Positions 18,732-27,602 are shown, counted from the stretch's first letter. The stretch is 38,319 bases of DNA from Steroidobacteraceae bacterium (GCA_035545455.1 DASZYK010000361.1:1-38319); one strand, 5' to 3'. Translations and numbers: made by a program. Notes: a model not told the origin generated them from the sequence alone.

Positions 18732-19892
18732 ATGTCCCTGAACCCCCTCGATCTCTACGATATAGCCGGCGCCCTCACCGAGGAGGAGCGCATGGTGCAG
18801 GAGTCCGTAGGACGGCTCGTCGACGAGAAGGTGCTGCCCATCATCCAGAAGTGCTTCGAGGAGCATCGCTTTCCGCGGGAGCTCGTCCCGGAGCTCGCGG
18901 CTCTCGGCCTCCTCGGATCCTCGCTGAAGGGCTACGGCTGCGCGGGCCTCAACGCCATCAGCTACGGTCTCATCTGCCAGGAGCTCGAGCGCGGCGACTC
19001 CGGCATCCGCAGCTTCGTCTCGGTGCAATCATCGCTCTGCATGTATCCGATCCACGCCTACGGGTCGGAGGAGCAGAAGCAGAAGTACCTTCCCGGCATG
19101 GCGCGCGGGGAGCTCATCGGCTGCTTCGGGCTCACCGAGCCGCACGGCGGCTCCGATCCGGCCAACATGAAGACCCATGCCAGGCGGCGCGGCAGGGATT
19201 GGGTGCTGAACGGCTCGAAGATGTGGATCACCAACGGCGCCATCGCCGATCTCGCGGTCGTCTGGGCGATGACCGAGGAAGGGATCCGCGGCTTCATCGT
19301 GGAGAAGGGAACTGCGGGCTTCGCCGCGCCGGAGATCGAGCGCAAGTTCTCGCTGCGGGCCTCGGTCACCTCCGCGCTCTTCTTCGACAATGTGGTCGTG
19401 CCGGAGGGCAACGTGCTGCCCGGCGTCGTGGGCCTGAAGGGCCCCCTCTCGTGCCTCACCCAGGCGCGCTACGGAATCGCCTGGGGTGTGATCGGCGCGG
19501 CGCAGGCCTGCCTGGCGCAGCTGTTGGATTATTCGAAGACCCGCGTCCTCTTCGGGCGGCCGCTCGCCCAGAACCAGACCATCCAGATCCGCCTGGCCGA
19601 CATGGCCCGGCGCATCACGACCGCCCAGCTGCTCGCGCTGCAGCTCGGCCGTCTCAAGGACGAGGGGAGGATGCGGCCGCCTCACGTGTCGCTGGCGAAG
19701 TGGAACAACTGCCGCATGGCCCTCGATGTCGCCCGTGACTGCCGCGACATGCTGGGTGGCGCGGGCATCAGCGCGGAGTACGTGCCCGTGCGCCACATGC
19801 TGAACCTCGAGAGCGTCATCACCTACGAGGGCACCGAGACCATCCATCAGCTCACGATCGGGCGGGAGCTGACGGGTCACAACGCCTTCTGA
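18732..19892 (+). CDS. gcdH: Glutaryl-CoA dehydrogenase
   Basis: Acyl-CoA dehydrogenase with GcdH-type segments (SVQSSLCMYPIHAYGSEEQKQKYLPGMARGELIGCFGLTEPHGGSDP). Confidence 0.88.
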   Translation: MSLNPLDLYDIAGALTEEERMVQESVGRLVDEKVLPIIQKCFEEHRFPRELVPELAALGLLGSSLKGYGCAGLNAISYGLICQELERGDSGIRSFVSVQSSLCMYPIHAYGSEEQKQKYLPGMARGELIGCFGLTEPHGGSDPANMKTHARRRGRDWVLNGSKMWITNGAIADLAVVWAMTEEGIRGFIVEKGTAGFAAPEIERKFSLRASVTSALFFDNVVVPEGNVLPGVVGLKGPLSCLTQARYGIAWGVIGAAQACLAQLLDYSKTRVLFGRPLAQNQTIQIRLADMARRITTAQLLALQLGRLKDEGRMRPPHVSLAKWNNCRMALDVARDCRDMLGGAGISAEYVPVRHMLNLESVITYEGTETIHQLTIGRELTGHNAF

Positions 19893-19902
19893 GCCCGCCG
19901 GC

Positions 19903-20385
19903 TCAGGGCAGCTTCTGTCCCTGTCCGACCGTGGCGGGCCTGCCGGTGACCATCGCCGCCGCCGCGGCCAGCAGGTAGGAGACTCTGCCGGGAGTCTCCC
20001 AGTATTCCGCCTGCTCGAGGGTCACGCGAAGGATGGCGAGATGCTCGTCAGCCACTCCCTTCGGGTACCAGGCTCTCTGACCCGGAGTCCAGAGTTCCTC
20101 CGCGAGGGCCCTGTCGTGCAGGATCCGGGCGCGACCCGACACGACGGCATAGATGTTCTTCGACGGCTCCGAATAGCCGACGCTCACGCGCGTGTCGCGG
20201 GACAGCTCGCCGGCTTTCGGACTCTGATGGTCGGTGAAGAACCACAGAGTCCCATCCGTGTCACAGCGCAGCGTCTCGATGGGCCGTGCATGGAGGGATC
20301 CTTCCAGGTCTACGGTCGTGAGCAGGCCGATCCGGATGCTCTCGATGAGCTCCCTGAGCCTCATGAGACTGCCCGTGTCCGTCAT
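19903..20385 (-). CDS. Pyridoxamine-5'-phosphate-oxidase-like split-barrel protein (general stress protein 26 type)
   Basis: LLTTVDLEGSLHARPI...DGTLWFFTDHQSPK...VTLEQAEYWETP pattern. Its ATG shares one base with the upstream stop (TGATG at 20387..20383, verified). Confidence 0.8.
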   Translation of the reverse strand: MTDTGSLMRLRELIESIRIGLLTTVDLEGSLHARPIETLRCDTDGTLWFFTDHQSPKAGELSRDTRVSVGYSEPSKNIYAVVSGRARILHDRALAEELWTPGQRAWYPKGVADEHLAILRVTLEQAEYWETPGRVSYLLAAAAAMVTGRPATVGQGQKLP

Positions 20386-21560
20386 CAGGACGCCACCGCC
20401 GCCCGAAGCCTGGCCAGGTCGTCGTGCCGGGTCGCGATGTCCGGCCGCTCGGCGGCGAGCCGCAGGTCGCGCAGCACCTCGAGCGAGCGCAGCAGCACGG
20501 GCAGCGGCGGCCCGCTCGCCGTCAGGCCCGGCGACTGCTCCTCGCCGAGCGTCGCCGCGGGCTGCTCGATGAAGCGCTTCACCAGCTCATCGTGGTGCTG
20601 CGCGGCCGTCCGCCCGAAGAGATCGCATACCTCCAGAAAGGCGCGCGCATTGCGCTGAAACCAGTCCGTGGCGACGTGCTCCCCGAGCAGCTCGAGCAGC
20701 TCATCCAACAGGCTCTTGCGCGCCATGCACTCCTTGAGGCGCGCCTGGTCGGCCGGCAGCATGAAGAGCATCTTGTCGACGAGAAGCTGCCCGTAGTAGG
20801 GATCGTTCGCGCGGCAGAGCCCGAGCAGCAGGTCGATCTCGTTGATGCCCGAGAAATCCCCGGCATTGGCGCCGCGGTATTCCTGCCGCCCCACCCGGTA
20901 GGGCTTGTAATAGGGACGCACCGAATGAAAGAACCGCGCGACGTCCAGGCGCTCCATCAGCCGGCTGTTGGCCTGCATCACTTCCCGCAGCGATTGCCTG
21001 GCGGCCTCGAACATCACGTCCGCGACGGGACTCGATACGCCGACGTGCACGATGCTCGTGAGCGCATCCGCCGCCCGCTGCAGGGACAGAATGCCGCGGG
21101 TGTTCTCGTCGATGAAGAGAACTTCGTCCTCGAGGGACGTGAAGCTCTTGCGCACGCCCGCGCGGGCTCTGTTGTGGATGGTCAGATGCGCGGTCGAGAA
21201 CCTGGGCGCCATGCCGAGAGAAGCGCCGCAGTGGACGGCGAGAGAGGAAGCCTCCGGGAACGGCGAGCGGTCTTCGCGGGCGGGATTCGTGAGCTCGTGG
21301 CGCCTCAAGGCGCCGAGGTACATGCCGACGTTGCCGAGAACACCGAAGGCGCTATCGAAGCCCTCGCCCGTGTTGCCCTCGGCCCGCAGGGCGGCAACGT
21401 GCGCGTGCCCCTCGTCGCGCAAGGCGTGCTTGATGCCGTCGCCCACACCGATGACGCGCGACCGGTCCTCCTGCGCGAAGTAGAGATCTTCCAGCTCCGT
21501 GTTCATCTGCACGAACGAAGTCCGAATCCAGTGCTCGAAGGCTTCTGCGTTGTTGCTCAT
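20385..21560 (-). CDS. PrnB/DUF1864-family protein (IDO/TDO-like putative heme enzyme)
   Basis: The segments NVGMYLGALRRHE, TAHLTIHN and VRPYYKPYRVGRQEYRGANAGDFSG resemble, from memory, PrnB (monodechloroaminopyrrolnitrin synthase). The start is ambiguous: ATG 21560 (preferred), 21602 or 21686. Confidence 0.65.
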   Translation of the reverse strand: MSNNAEAFEHWIRTSFVQMNTELEDLYFAQEDRSRVIGVGDGIKHALRDEGHAHVAALRAEGNTGEGFDSAFGVLGNVGMYLGALRRHELTNPAREDRSPFPEASSLAVHCGASLGMAPRFSTAHLTIHNRARAGVRKSFTSLEDEVLFIDENTRGILSLQRAADALTSIVHVGVSSPVADVMFEAARQSLREVMQANSRLMERLDVARFFHSVRPYYKPYRVGRQEYRGANAGDFSGINEIDLLLGLCRANDPYYGQLLVDKMLFMLPADQARLKECMARKSLLDELLELLGEHVATDWFQRNARAFLEVCDLFGRTAAQHHDELVKRFIEQPAATLGEEQSPGLTASGPPLPVLLRSLEVLRDLRLAAERPDIATRHDDLARLRAAVAS

Positions 21561-21702
21561 GGGCGGCACCGCCCCCCCCCGGAAGGTGTTCTCGATGTCC
21601 ATCGTACAGTGGATTCCGAGAACATTGTCCTCGCGAAGACCCGGCGCCGTGCCCCGCGCAGAACGCTGGCCTGCGCTCTGCCGCATTTGCCGAACGGCGG
21701 GG

Positions 21703-21852
21703 CTAAACCACCTTGACGAGGGCGAGGACGACCAGGATCACCCCGATCACCACCAGCAGGTGAATGGCGCCGAACGTGATCTTCACCGCGAGCCAGAGCA
21801 CGAGCCACGCGATGATGAACACGATTCCGAGCAGTGTGAGAACCGCTTTCAT
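21703..21852 (-). CDS. 49-aa two-helix membrane peptide (lmo0937/DUF5670-like)
   Basis: Not in the ORF track because it is under 60 aa. Hand translation gives MKAVLTLLGIVFIIAWLVLWLAVKITFGAIHLLVVIGVILVVLALVKVV. AGGGG lies 7 nt upstream of the ATG. Confidence 0.6.
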   Translation of the reverse strand: MKAVLTLLGIVFIIAWLVLWLAVKITFGAIHLLVVIGVILVVLALVKVV

Positions 21853-22019
21853 CAAATAACCCCTGATCCCGGGACACTTCTCCAGAAATCATCGGGGACG
21901 GGGCGGGTTCCGGAATTTGCGTGTTCCCGCTGAGCCGGAGCCGCACGGCTTTCATCCAGTAGGCCTGTGCCCGGGCAACTGCATGGACAGGAGCCCGTCC
22001 GCTTTCTAACCTTGCGCGC

Positions 22020-22271
22020 ATGCGAGAGCTGCGCGACGTGAAGAAGCTCGATGACCGCTTCGGTCAGTTTCTGGTGCGCGTGAGATGTCCGGCCTGCGGC
22101 GCCTCGCGCGACATCGCGGCGCAGGCGCTGGCCCGCCTCGTCGGCTGGTCGACGAGCCTCGAGAGCCTGACGCCGCGCCTGCGCTGCTCGAAGTGCGGCG
22201 CCAAGGGTGCCGCAACGGTGACCCCCGTCGGCCTGCCGCGGCCGCGGGGGTTCACCACCAACCCCCATTGA
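22020..22271 (+). CDS. Hypothetical 83-aa four-cysteine zinc-ribbon-like protein
   Basis: CPACG...(33 aa)...CSKCG pairs and high GC3. There is no obvious SD. Confidence 0.5.
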   Translation: MRELRDVKKLDDRFGQFLVRVRCPACGASRDIAAQALARLVGWSTSLESLTPRLRCSKCGAKGAATVTPVGLPRPRGFTTNPH

Positions 22272-22281
22272 TCGTCCGTCC

Positions 22282-22297
22282 CGGCGCGACAGCGCCG
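22282..22297. terminator. Short hairpin CGGCGC-GACA-GCGCCG between convergent orf22020 and dps
   Basis: Inverted repeat read from the sequence, within the 42-nt convergent gap. No U-tract. Confidence 0.3.
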
Positions 22298-22313
22298 AGG
22301 CGCCGCTCCCGGG

Positions 22314-22826
22314 CTAACCTTCGGCGTGGCGGGTCGCCTCGAAGAGGAACCACACCCGTCTTTCCGTCTCGTCGATCCAGTTCTCGAGCAGGCTCGCCGT
22401 GGCCACGTCGCCCAGCTCGTCACATACTCCGTGCAGCTCCCTCATGTACACGGCGAGCTGCCTGTTGTCCTCCCGCAGCTCGGCCAGCATGTCCCTCGGG
22501 GTGACGAAGCTCGCGTCGTTGTCCTTCAGGCGCTGCAGCCTGGAGATCTGCCCTATCGATTTGAGGGTGGCGCCGCCGATCTTCCTCGCCCGCTCCGCGA
22601 TCGGGTCGGTCATCCCGTCGATCTGCGTCGCCTGCTCATCCAACAGCAGGTGCCAGTCGCGAAAGTGCGGTCCTGACATGTGCCAGTGGAAATTCTTCGT
22701 CTTGAGATAGAGCGCGAAAGTGTCGGCGAGCAGCGTGGTGAGCGCGGGCGGGATGTCGCGGACCGCTTCCTGGGAAAGGCCCGACGGGGTATCGAGGGTG
22801 GCGGTCTTTCTGGATTCGTTGGCCAT
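22314..22826 (-). CDS. dps: Dps family DNA-protection/ferroxidase protein
   Basis: LADTFALYLKTKNFHWHMSGPHFRDWHLLLDEQ signature. AAGGAG RBS upstream. Confidence 0.93.
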   Translation of the reverse strand: MANESRKTATLDTPSGLSQEAVRDIPPALTTLLADTFALYLKTKNFHWHMSGPHFRDWHLLLDEQATQIDGMTDPIAERARKIGGATLKSIGQISRLQRLKDNDASFVTPRDMLAELREDNRQLAVYMRELHGVCDELGDVATASLLENWIDETERRVWFLFEATRHAEG

Positions 22827-22894
22827 CGCGGGACTCCTTGTGGACTGGTTGGCTGGGGCGCGGGACGGCGCTCATGATATCGCCCCGAGGGGCG

Positions 22895-23110
22895 TCAGAC
22901 GAGTTTCGCATCGAGGGTGATCCCGGCGTTCAGGAGCCTGGATACCGGGCAGCTCTTCTCCCCATCCCCCGCCATCCGGGCGAAGGGCGGCGCGTCGGGA
23001 TCGGGCACCTTGGCGCGCAGCGTGAGCGCGCAGCGGCTGATCCTGAATCCCTGCCCTTCGGGCTCCAGCGTGACCGCGGCCTCGTCGAGCAGACTCCTGA
23101 CGCCCTGATG
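22895..23110 (-). pseudogene. osmC: C-terminal half of an OsmC-family peroxiredoxin; N-terminal half missing
   Basis: Hand translation gives ...LLDEAAVTLEPEGQGFRISRCALTLRAKVPDPDAPPFARMAGDGEKSCPVSRLLNAGITLDAKLV*. It aligns residue for residue with the last ~65 aa of E. coli OsmC (...GFAITKIALKSEVAVPGIDASTFDGIIQKAKAGCPVSQVLKAEITLDYQLKS). The frame is closed by a stop at 23162..23164. No start codon would give more than 26 aa. Confidence 0.7.
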
Positions 23111-23161
23111 CCTCGCAAACGGTGCGCCCGCAACAACAGGGAGACTACGCCGGCTCGCGCG

Positions 23162-24952
23162 TCAGGAGGCCAGCAGCTCTCGCAACGAGGCGGCCGCCGC
23201 CTGCGCGGCCGGTCCCACGATGACGTGCACGCAGTCCGTGGCCGCGACCGCCACGCCACGCATGCCGAGGCCGCGGATCGCCGCGCCGTCGATTGCGCTG
23301 CTGTCCGCCACCCGGATCCGCAGGCGCGACGACGCCGGCTCGATGGCGCGCACGTTGGCCCGGCCGCCGAGCGCGGCAAGCAGCTGCCGCAGAGTCTCCT
23401 CTCCCGGTGCCGGCGCGGCCGGAGCCGGCGTCGATTCGCGAGGGCGTTGCGGTGGAGTCACTGCGCGTATCGCCTCAGCCGCCGGACTCCCCTTCGGCAG
23501 CGATCCCATGGCCTCGCGTATCTCGCTCGCGAGCTGATCCGCAGTCGGACCGACCACCACCTGCAACGCGGTGTCGGAAGGCCGGACGACTCCGCGCGCG
23601 CCCAGCCGTTTGAGGGCTTCGACGTCCACCGTCTCCTGCGTCCTGACGATCAAGCGCAGGCGCGTCGTACAGGCGGTGACCGACTGCAGGTTGCCGGCGC
23701 CTCCGAGCGCCGTGACGTAGGAGCGCGCGCGATCGATGGAATCCGTTGTCGATGTCAGGGCTGCCGCCGTCGCCGCGGCGCCGTCCGCATCTTCCCGCCC
23801 GGGCGTCTTGAGATCGAGCCTGACGATGGCGAGACGGAAGACGCCGTAGTACAGCCCGAAGTAGGCCGCTCCGACCGGCAGCAGCAGCAACGGATGGCTG
23901 GCGAATTTGAAGTTGAGAATGTAGTCGAAGAGTCCCGCGGAGAAACCGAAGCCGAGCCGCACGTGCAGTGCGCTCATGATGATGAACGCCAGGCCCGTGA
24001 GGAGCGCGTGCACGGCGTACAGCGCGGGCGCGAGGAACATGAATGAGAACTCCACGGGCTCGGTCACGCCGGTGAGGAACGAGGTCAGCGCGATGGATGC
24101 GAGAAGTCCGGCGACCGCGCGCCGCCGCTCGGGAAGCGCCGTGTGGTACATCGCCAGGCAGGCGGCCGGCAGGCCGAACATCATCACGGGGAAGAATCCC
24201 GCCATGAAGGCCCCGGCGTGCGGGTCGCCGGCGAAGAAGCGGTTGAGATCTCCGGTATGGCCGTGATAGCTGCCGAGCACGAACCAGGCGATGCTGTTGA
24301 TGACGTGGTGCAGCCCGGTGACGATCAGGATGCGGTTGAGCACCCCGTAGGCGAAGAGCCCCCAGGGTCCCGCCGCCAGCACCGCGCGGCTGAGCGACTC
24401 CATCCCGTGCTCGAGCCGCTGCCATTCGAGGCCGAACACGGCCGCGAGCCCGAGCGCCGCGAGCCCGCTCACGATGGGCACGAACCGCCGGCCGCCGAAG
24501 AAGGCGAGATAGCTCGGCAGACGGATGCGGTGGCAGCGGTTGTAGAGCGCTCCGCCCAGGAGCCCGCAGAGGATGCCGACCGGGACCGTCAGGGTCCGGA
24601 GCTCGCCGGACTTGAAGGCCTCGATGGCCAGATCACGCGCCTGTCCGGTCAGCGCCAGGAGCGCCGCGGGCGGAGTGATGAAGACCGCCGCGCCGCGGGT
24701 GGTGACGAGGTAGGCGACGACGGCCGCGAGCCCGGCGGCTCCGTGGTTCTCACGCGCGAGCCCGATCGCGACGCCCACCGCGAAGAGCAGGCCGAGATTG
24801 TCGAAGATCGCCTGTCCCGCCGCCCGCATGACGGGCAGGTCGAGCAGGTCCGGCTGGCCGAAGCGCAGCAACAGCGCTGCGACCGGCAGCACCGCGATCG
24901 GCAGCATCAGCGCGCCGCCGATCCTCTGCAGTTGGGCGAGGAGTTGTTTCAT
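23162..24952 (-). CDS. nagE: PTS N-acetylglucosamine transporter EIIC-EIIB, plus a second degenerate EIIB-like domain
   Basis: The N-terminus MKQLLAQLQRIGGALMLPIAVLPVAALLLRFGQPDLLDL closely resembles the N-terminus of E. coli NagE. The canonical EIIB site is VTACTTRLRL. ATG 24952 verified. Confidence 0.92.
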   Translation of the reverse strand: MKQLLAQLQRIGGALMLPIAVLPVAALLLRFGQPDLLDLPVMRAAGQAIFDNLGLLFAVGVAIGLARENHGAAGLAAVVAYLVTTRGAAVFITPPAALLALTGQARDLAIEAFKSGELRTLTVPVGILCGLLGGALYNRCHRIRLPSYLAFFGGRRFVPIVSGLAALGLAAVFGLEWQRLEHGMESLSRAVLAAGPWGLFAYGVLNRILIVTGLHHVINSIAWFVLGSYHGHTGDLNRFFAGDPHAGAFMAGFFPVMMFGLPAACLAMYHTALPERRRAVAGLLASIALTSFLTGVTEPVEFSFMFLAPALYAVHALLTGLAFIIMSALHVRLGFGFSAGLFDYILNFKFASHPLLLLPVGAAYFGLYYGVFRLAIVRLDLKTPGREDADGAAATAAALTSTTDSIDRARSYVTALGGAGNLQSVTACTTRLRLIVRTQETVDVEALKRLGARGVVRPSDTALQVVVGPTADQLASEIREAMGSLPKGSPAAEAIRAVTPPQRPRESTPAPAAPAPGEETLRQLLAALGGRANVRAIEPASSRLRIRVADSSAIDGAAIRGLGMRGVAVAATDCVHVIVGPAAQAAAASLRELLAS

Positions 24953-24989
24953 GAGCTGCTCGCGAAGGCCTGCGATGTCACCGATCACC

Positions 24990-27602
24990 TCATCCCACCG
25001 AGTCGGGCTCGCTCTCACGTGGCGCCAGCGGCAGCGCGAGCGCCCGCACCGCCTCCGCGGAGCTCTGCTCGAGCGCCTGGCGCGCGAGGCCGGCGCAGTC
25101 CGCCAGACTCAGCCTGCGGATGAGCGCCTTCAACCGCGGAATGACCGCGGGCACGGCCGAGAGCTCATGCACCCCGAGGCCGATCAGGATGGGGGCGGCG
25201 GCCGGATCGGAGGCGAGACCGCCGCACACCGCCACCCCTCGCCCGCGCGCGTGCGCCGCTTCGGCGGTGCGCGCGATCAGCCGCAGCACCGCCGGGTGCA
25301 GCGCATCGAGACGCGCGGCGAGCTCCGGATGCCCCCGATCCATCGCGAGCGTGTATTGCGTGAGATCGTTGGTGCCGATGGAGAAGAAGTCGGCTTCCGC
25401 TGCGAGCGCATCCGCCATCAGAGCCGAGGCCGGCGTCTCGATCATCACGCCGAGCGCGATCGGCTCCTGCCGGCCGATCCCGGCGCACGCCTCCTGCGCC
25501 ATGGAGCGCACGGAGCGGATCTCCGCCACATCGGTGATCATGGGCAGGAGAATGCGGCACTGGCCGCGGGGGCGCACTCTCAGGATGGCGCGCAGCTGCT
25601 GGCGCAACAGATCGGGCCGCCAGAGGCTGGTGCGCACGCCGCGCAGCCCGAGCGAGGGATTCTCCTCGGCGGGCATGGGCAGGTACGGGATCGGCTTGTC
25701 GCCGCCGACGTCGAGCGTTCGAATCGTCAGCGGCTTGCCGGCGAGCGTCTCGGCGAGCCGCTGGTATTCGGCATGTTGCTCGGCCTCGCTCGGGGGCGTC
25801 TCGCGCTCCAGGAACAGGAATTCCGTCCGCAGCAGGCCGCAGCCCTCGGCGCCATTGCGTACGGCCGCATGGGCGTCCGCGAGCGATCCCACGTTGGCAA
25901 ATACCTCGATGCGCGTGCCGTCGGCCGTGCAGCAGTCCCGTTGCGCGGCTTCGCGCTCCGCGGCGCGCCGGGCGGCCCGGAGCTCGAGCTGACGGCGCGT
26001 TGCGGCGAGGCGCTCCGCGCCCGGATCGACGTGCCGCAGGCCGGCGTCGGCATCGAGGAGCAGCGCCGTCCCGTCCAGGATCTGCCGCAAGCCGGGCCCG
26101 ACCGCGACCAGCGCCGGAATGCCCATTGCGGCCGCCAGAATCGATACGTGCGAAGTGGCCCCGCCGGCCGCGAGACAGATGCCCGCGAGCCGCGCGGCAT
26201 CCAGGCCGACGAGCTGCGACGGCAGCAGCTCCTCGGCCAGCAGAATGGCATCAGCGGGAAGCTGAATCGCCGCGCCGGGATGGCCGCTCATGGCGAGCAA
26301 CATCTGCCCCTCCAGGTCGAGCAGGTCATCCGCGCGCTCCGCCATCCGTGGATCGCCGAGCGCGCGCAGCGCCTCGATGCTGCCGCGGATCGTCCGCCGC
26401 CACGCGTATGCTGCGCTCGCTCCGTCAGAAATGAGCGTGAGCGACTTCTCGGTGAGCTCGGGGTCCTCGAGCAGCTGCAGATGCGCCTCGACGATCTCGC
26501 GCGCCGTGCCCGACGCAGACGACAGAGCGGATTCCAGCCTCGACCGGACCTGCGCTCGCGCCCGTTCCAGCTGCAGGCTCTCGTGCGAGACCCCGGCGCC
26601 GGCCTCGGTCACTTCGATCTCCCGGGCGCGGAGCCGTACCGCCTGTCCGACGGCAAGTCCCCGGCTCGCGATGACACCCGGCAGCGCGGCGCCGGCGCGC
26701 ACTTCCACGGCGGTACTCGTCACGGCAGTCAGTAGTTGCGAAGTGGCAGCGAGTCCAGCGCCTGGAGGGCGCGGTACCGCCCGCGCAGAGCTGACAGCAT
26801 TCTCATGCGCGCCGGTCAGAACGGCCGCGACCGCATCGATGGCGCGTCCCGCATCCCTGCCGGCGGCGCGGACCCGTATGTCATCCCCCTTGCGGGCGCC
26901 GAGCTTCATCAGCGCCACGGTGCTGCGCGCGTTGGCGGTGCGCCCCTCGACGGCAAGCTCGACCTGCCCGGCCAGGCTCCTGAGCGCGCTCACGATCTGC
27001 GCGGCCGGGCGGGCATGGATGCCGTGCTCGAGCGCGACTCGCACTCGCCGGACCTCAACGGTCGCGCCGGAGCCCTCTTCTCCCGGGCCTTCCGGCACGC
27101 CCGCGCGCTCGAGCGGAGCGACCTCCATCAGAAACTCACCCGCCGCGACCTCGCGGCCCACGCTGCTGCGCAGGACCGTGAGTCCACACCCCTCCATCAC
27201 CAGAACCGGGGTGAGCAGACTCTTCGCGCGCCGGGCGATGAGGTCCAGATCGAAAGTGACGAGCGGGTCGCCGGCCGCCACCCGTCGGCCCAGGCTCACG
27301 TGCGCTTCGAAGCCCTCGCCCGCGAGCCCCACCGTATCGATGCCGACGTGCATGAGGATCTCGGCGCCGAAGTCGCTGCGCAGCGTGACCGCGTGCCTGG
27401 ACTCCGGCAGGGCGATGATCTGCCCATCGCAGGGGGCATGCAGCGTGGCGCCCGTCGGATCCACCGCGAGCCCATCGCCCAGCATCCTGCCGGCGAAGAC
27501 GGGGTCCGGGATCTCATCGAGCGGCGTGCTCCAGCCCGCGAGCGGGGACAGCAGGACGAGACGGCGCCGCGGCTCAGTTGCGCGCATGTTGCTGCGAGCC
27601 AT
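24990..27602 (-). CDS. nagF: PTS multiphosphoryl transfer protein EIIA(Glc)-HPr-EI
   Basis: EIIA region ILMHVGIDTVGL, HPr region LEHGIHARPAAQIV, EI region GGATSHVSILAAAMGIPALV. Start is ATG 27602 or ATG 27587; both overlap the end of the upstream GH18 gene. The symbol follows the usage I recall for nagE-linked EIIA-HPr-EI fusions. Confidence 0.9.
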   Translation of the reverse strand: MARSNMRATEPRRRLVLLSPLAGWSTPLDEIPDPVFAGRMLGDGLAVDPTGATLHAPCDGQIIALPESRHAVTLRSDFGAEILMHVGIDTVGLAGEGFEAHVSLGRRVAAGDPLVTFDLDLIARRAKSLLTPVLVMEGCGLTVLRSSVGREVAAGEFLMEVAPLERAGVPEGPGEEGSGATVEVRRVRVALEHGIHARPAAQIVSALRSLAGQVELAVEGRTANARSTVALMKLGARKGDDIRVRAAGRDAGRAIDAVAAVLTGAHENAVSSARAVPRPPGAGLAATSQLLTAVTSTAVEVRAGAALPGVIASRGLAVGQAVRLRAREIEVTEAGAGVSHESLQLERARAQVRSRLESALSSASGTAREIVEAHLQLLEDPELTEKSLTLISDGASAAYAWRRTIRGSIEALRALGDPRMAERADDLLDLEGQMLLAMSGHPGAAIQLPADAILLAEELLPSQLVGLDAARLAGICLAAGGATSHVSILAAAMGIPALVAVGPGLRQILDGTALLLDADAGLRHVDPGAERLAATRRQLELRAARRAAEREAAQRDCCTADGTRIEVFANVGSLADAHAAVRNGAEGCGLLRTEFLFLERETPPSEAEQHAEYQRLAETLAGKPLTIRTLDVGGDKPIPYLPMPAEENPSLGLRGVRTSLWRPDLLRQQLRAILRVRPRGQCRILLPMITDVAEIRSVRSMAQEACAGIGRQEPIALGVMIETPASALMADALAAEADFFSIGTNDLTQYTLAMDRGHPELAARLDALHPAVLRLIARTAEAAHARGRGVAVCGGLASDPAAAPILIGLGVHELSAVPAVIPRLKALIRRLSLADCAGLARQALEQSSAEAVRALALPLAPRESEPDSVG

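Noticed and set aside
20424-21716. 430-aa + ORF opposite the PrnB-like gene
   Set aside because: It is a shadow ORF. The minus-strand frame carries the recognisable family blocks and better codon bias.
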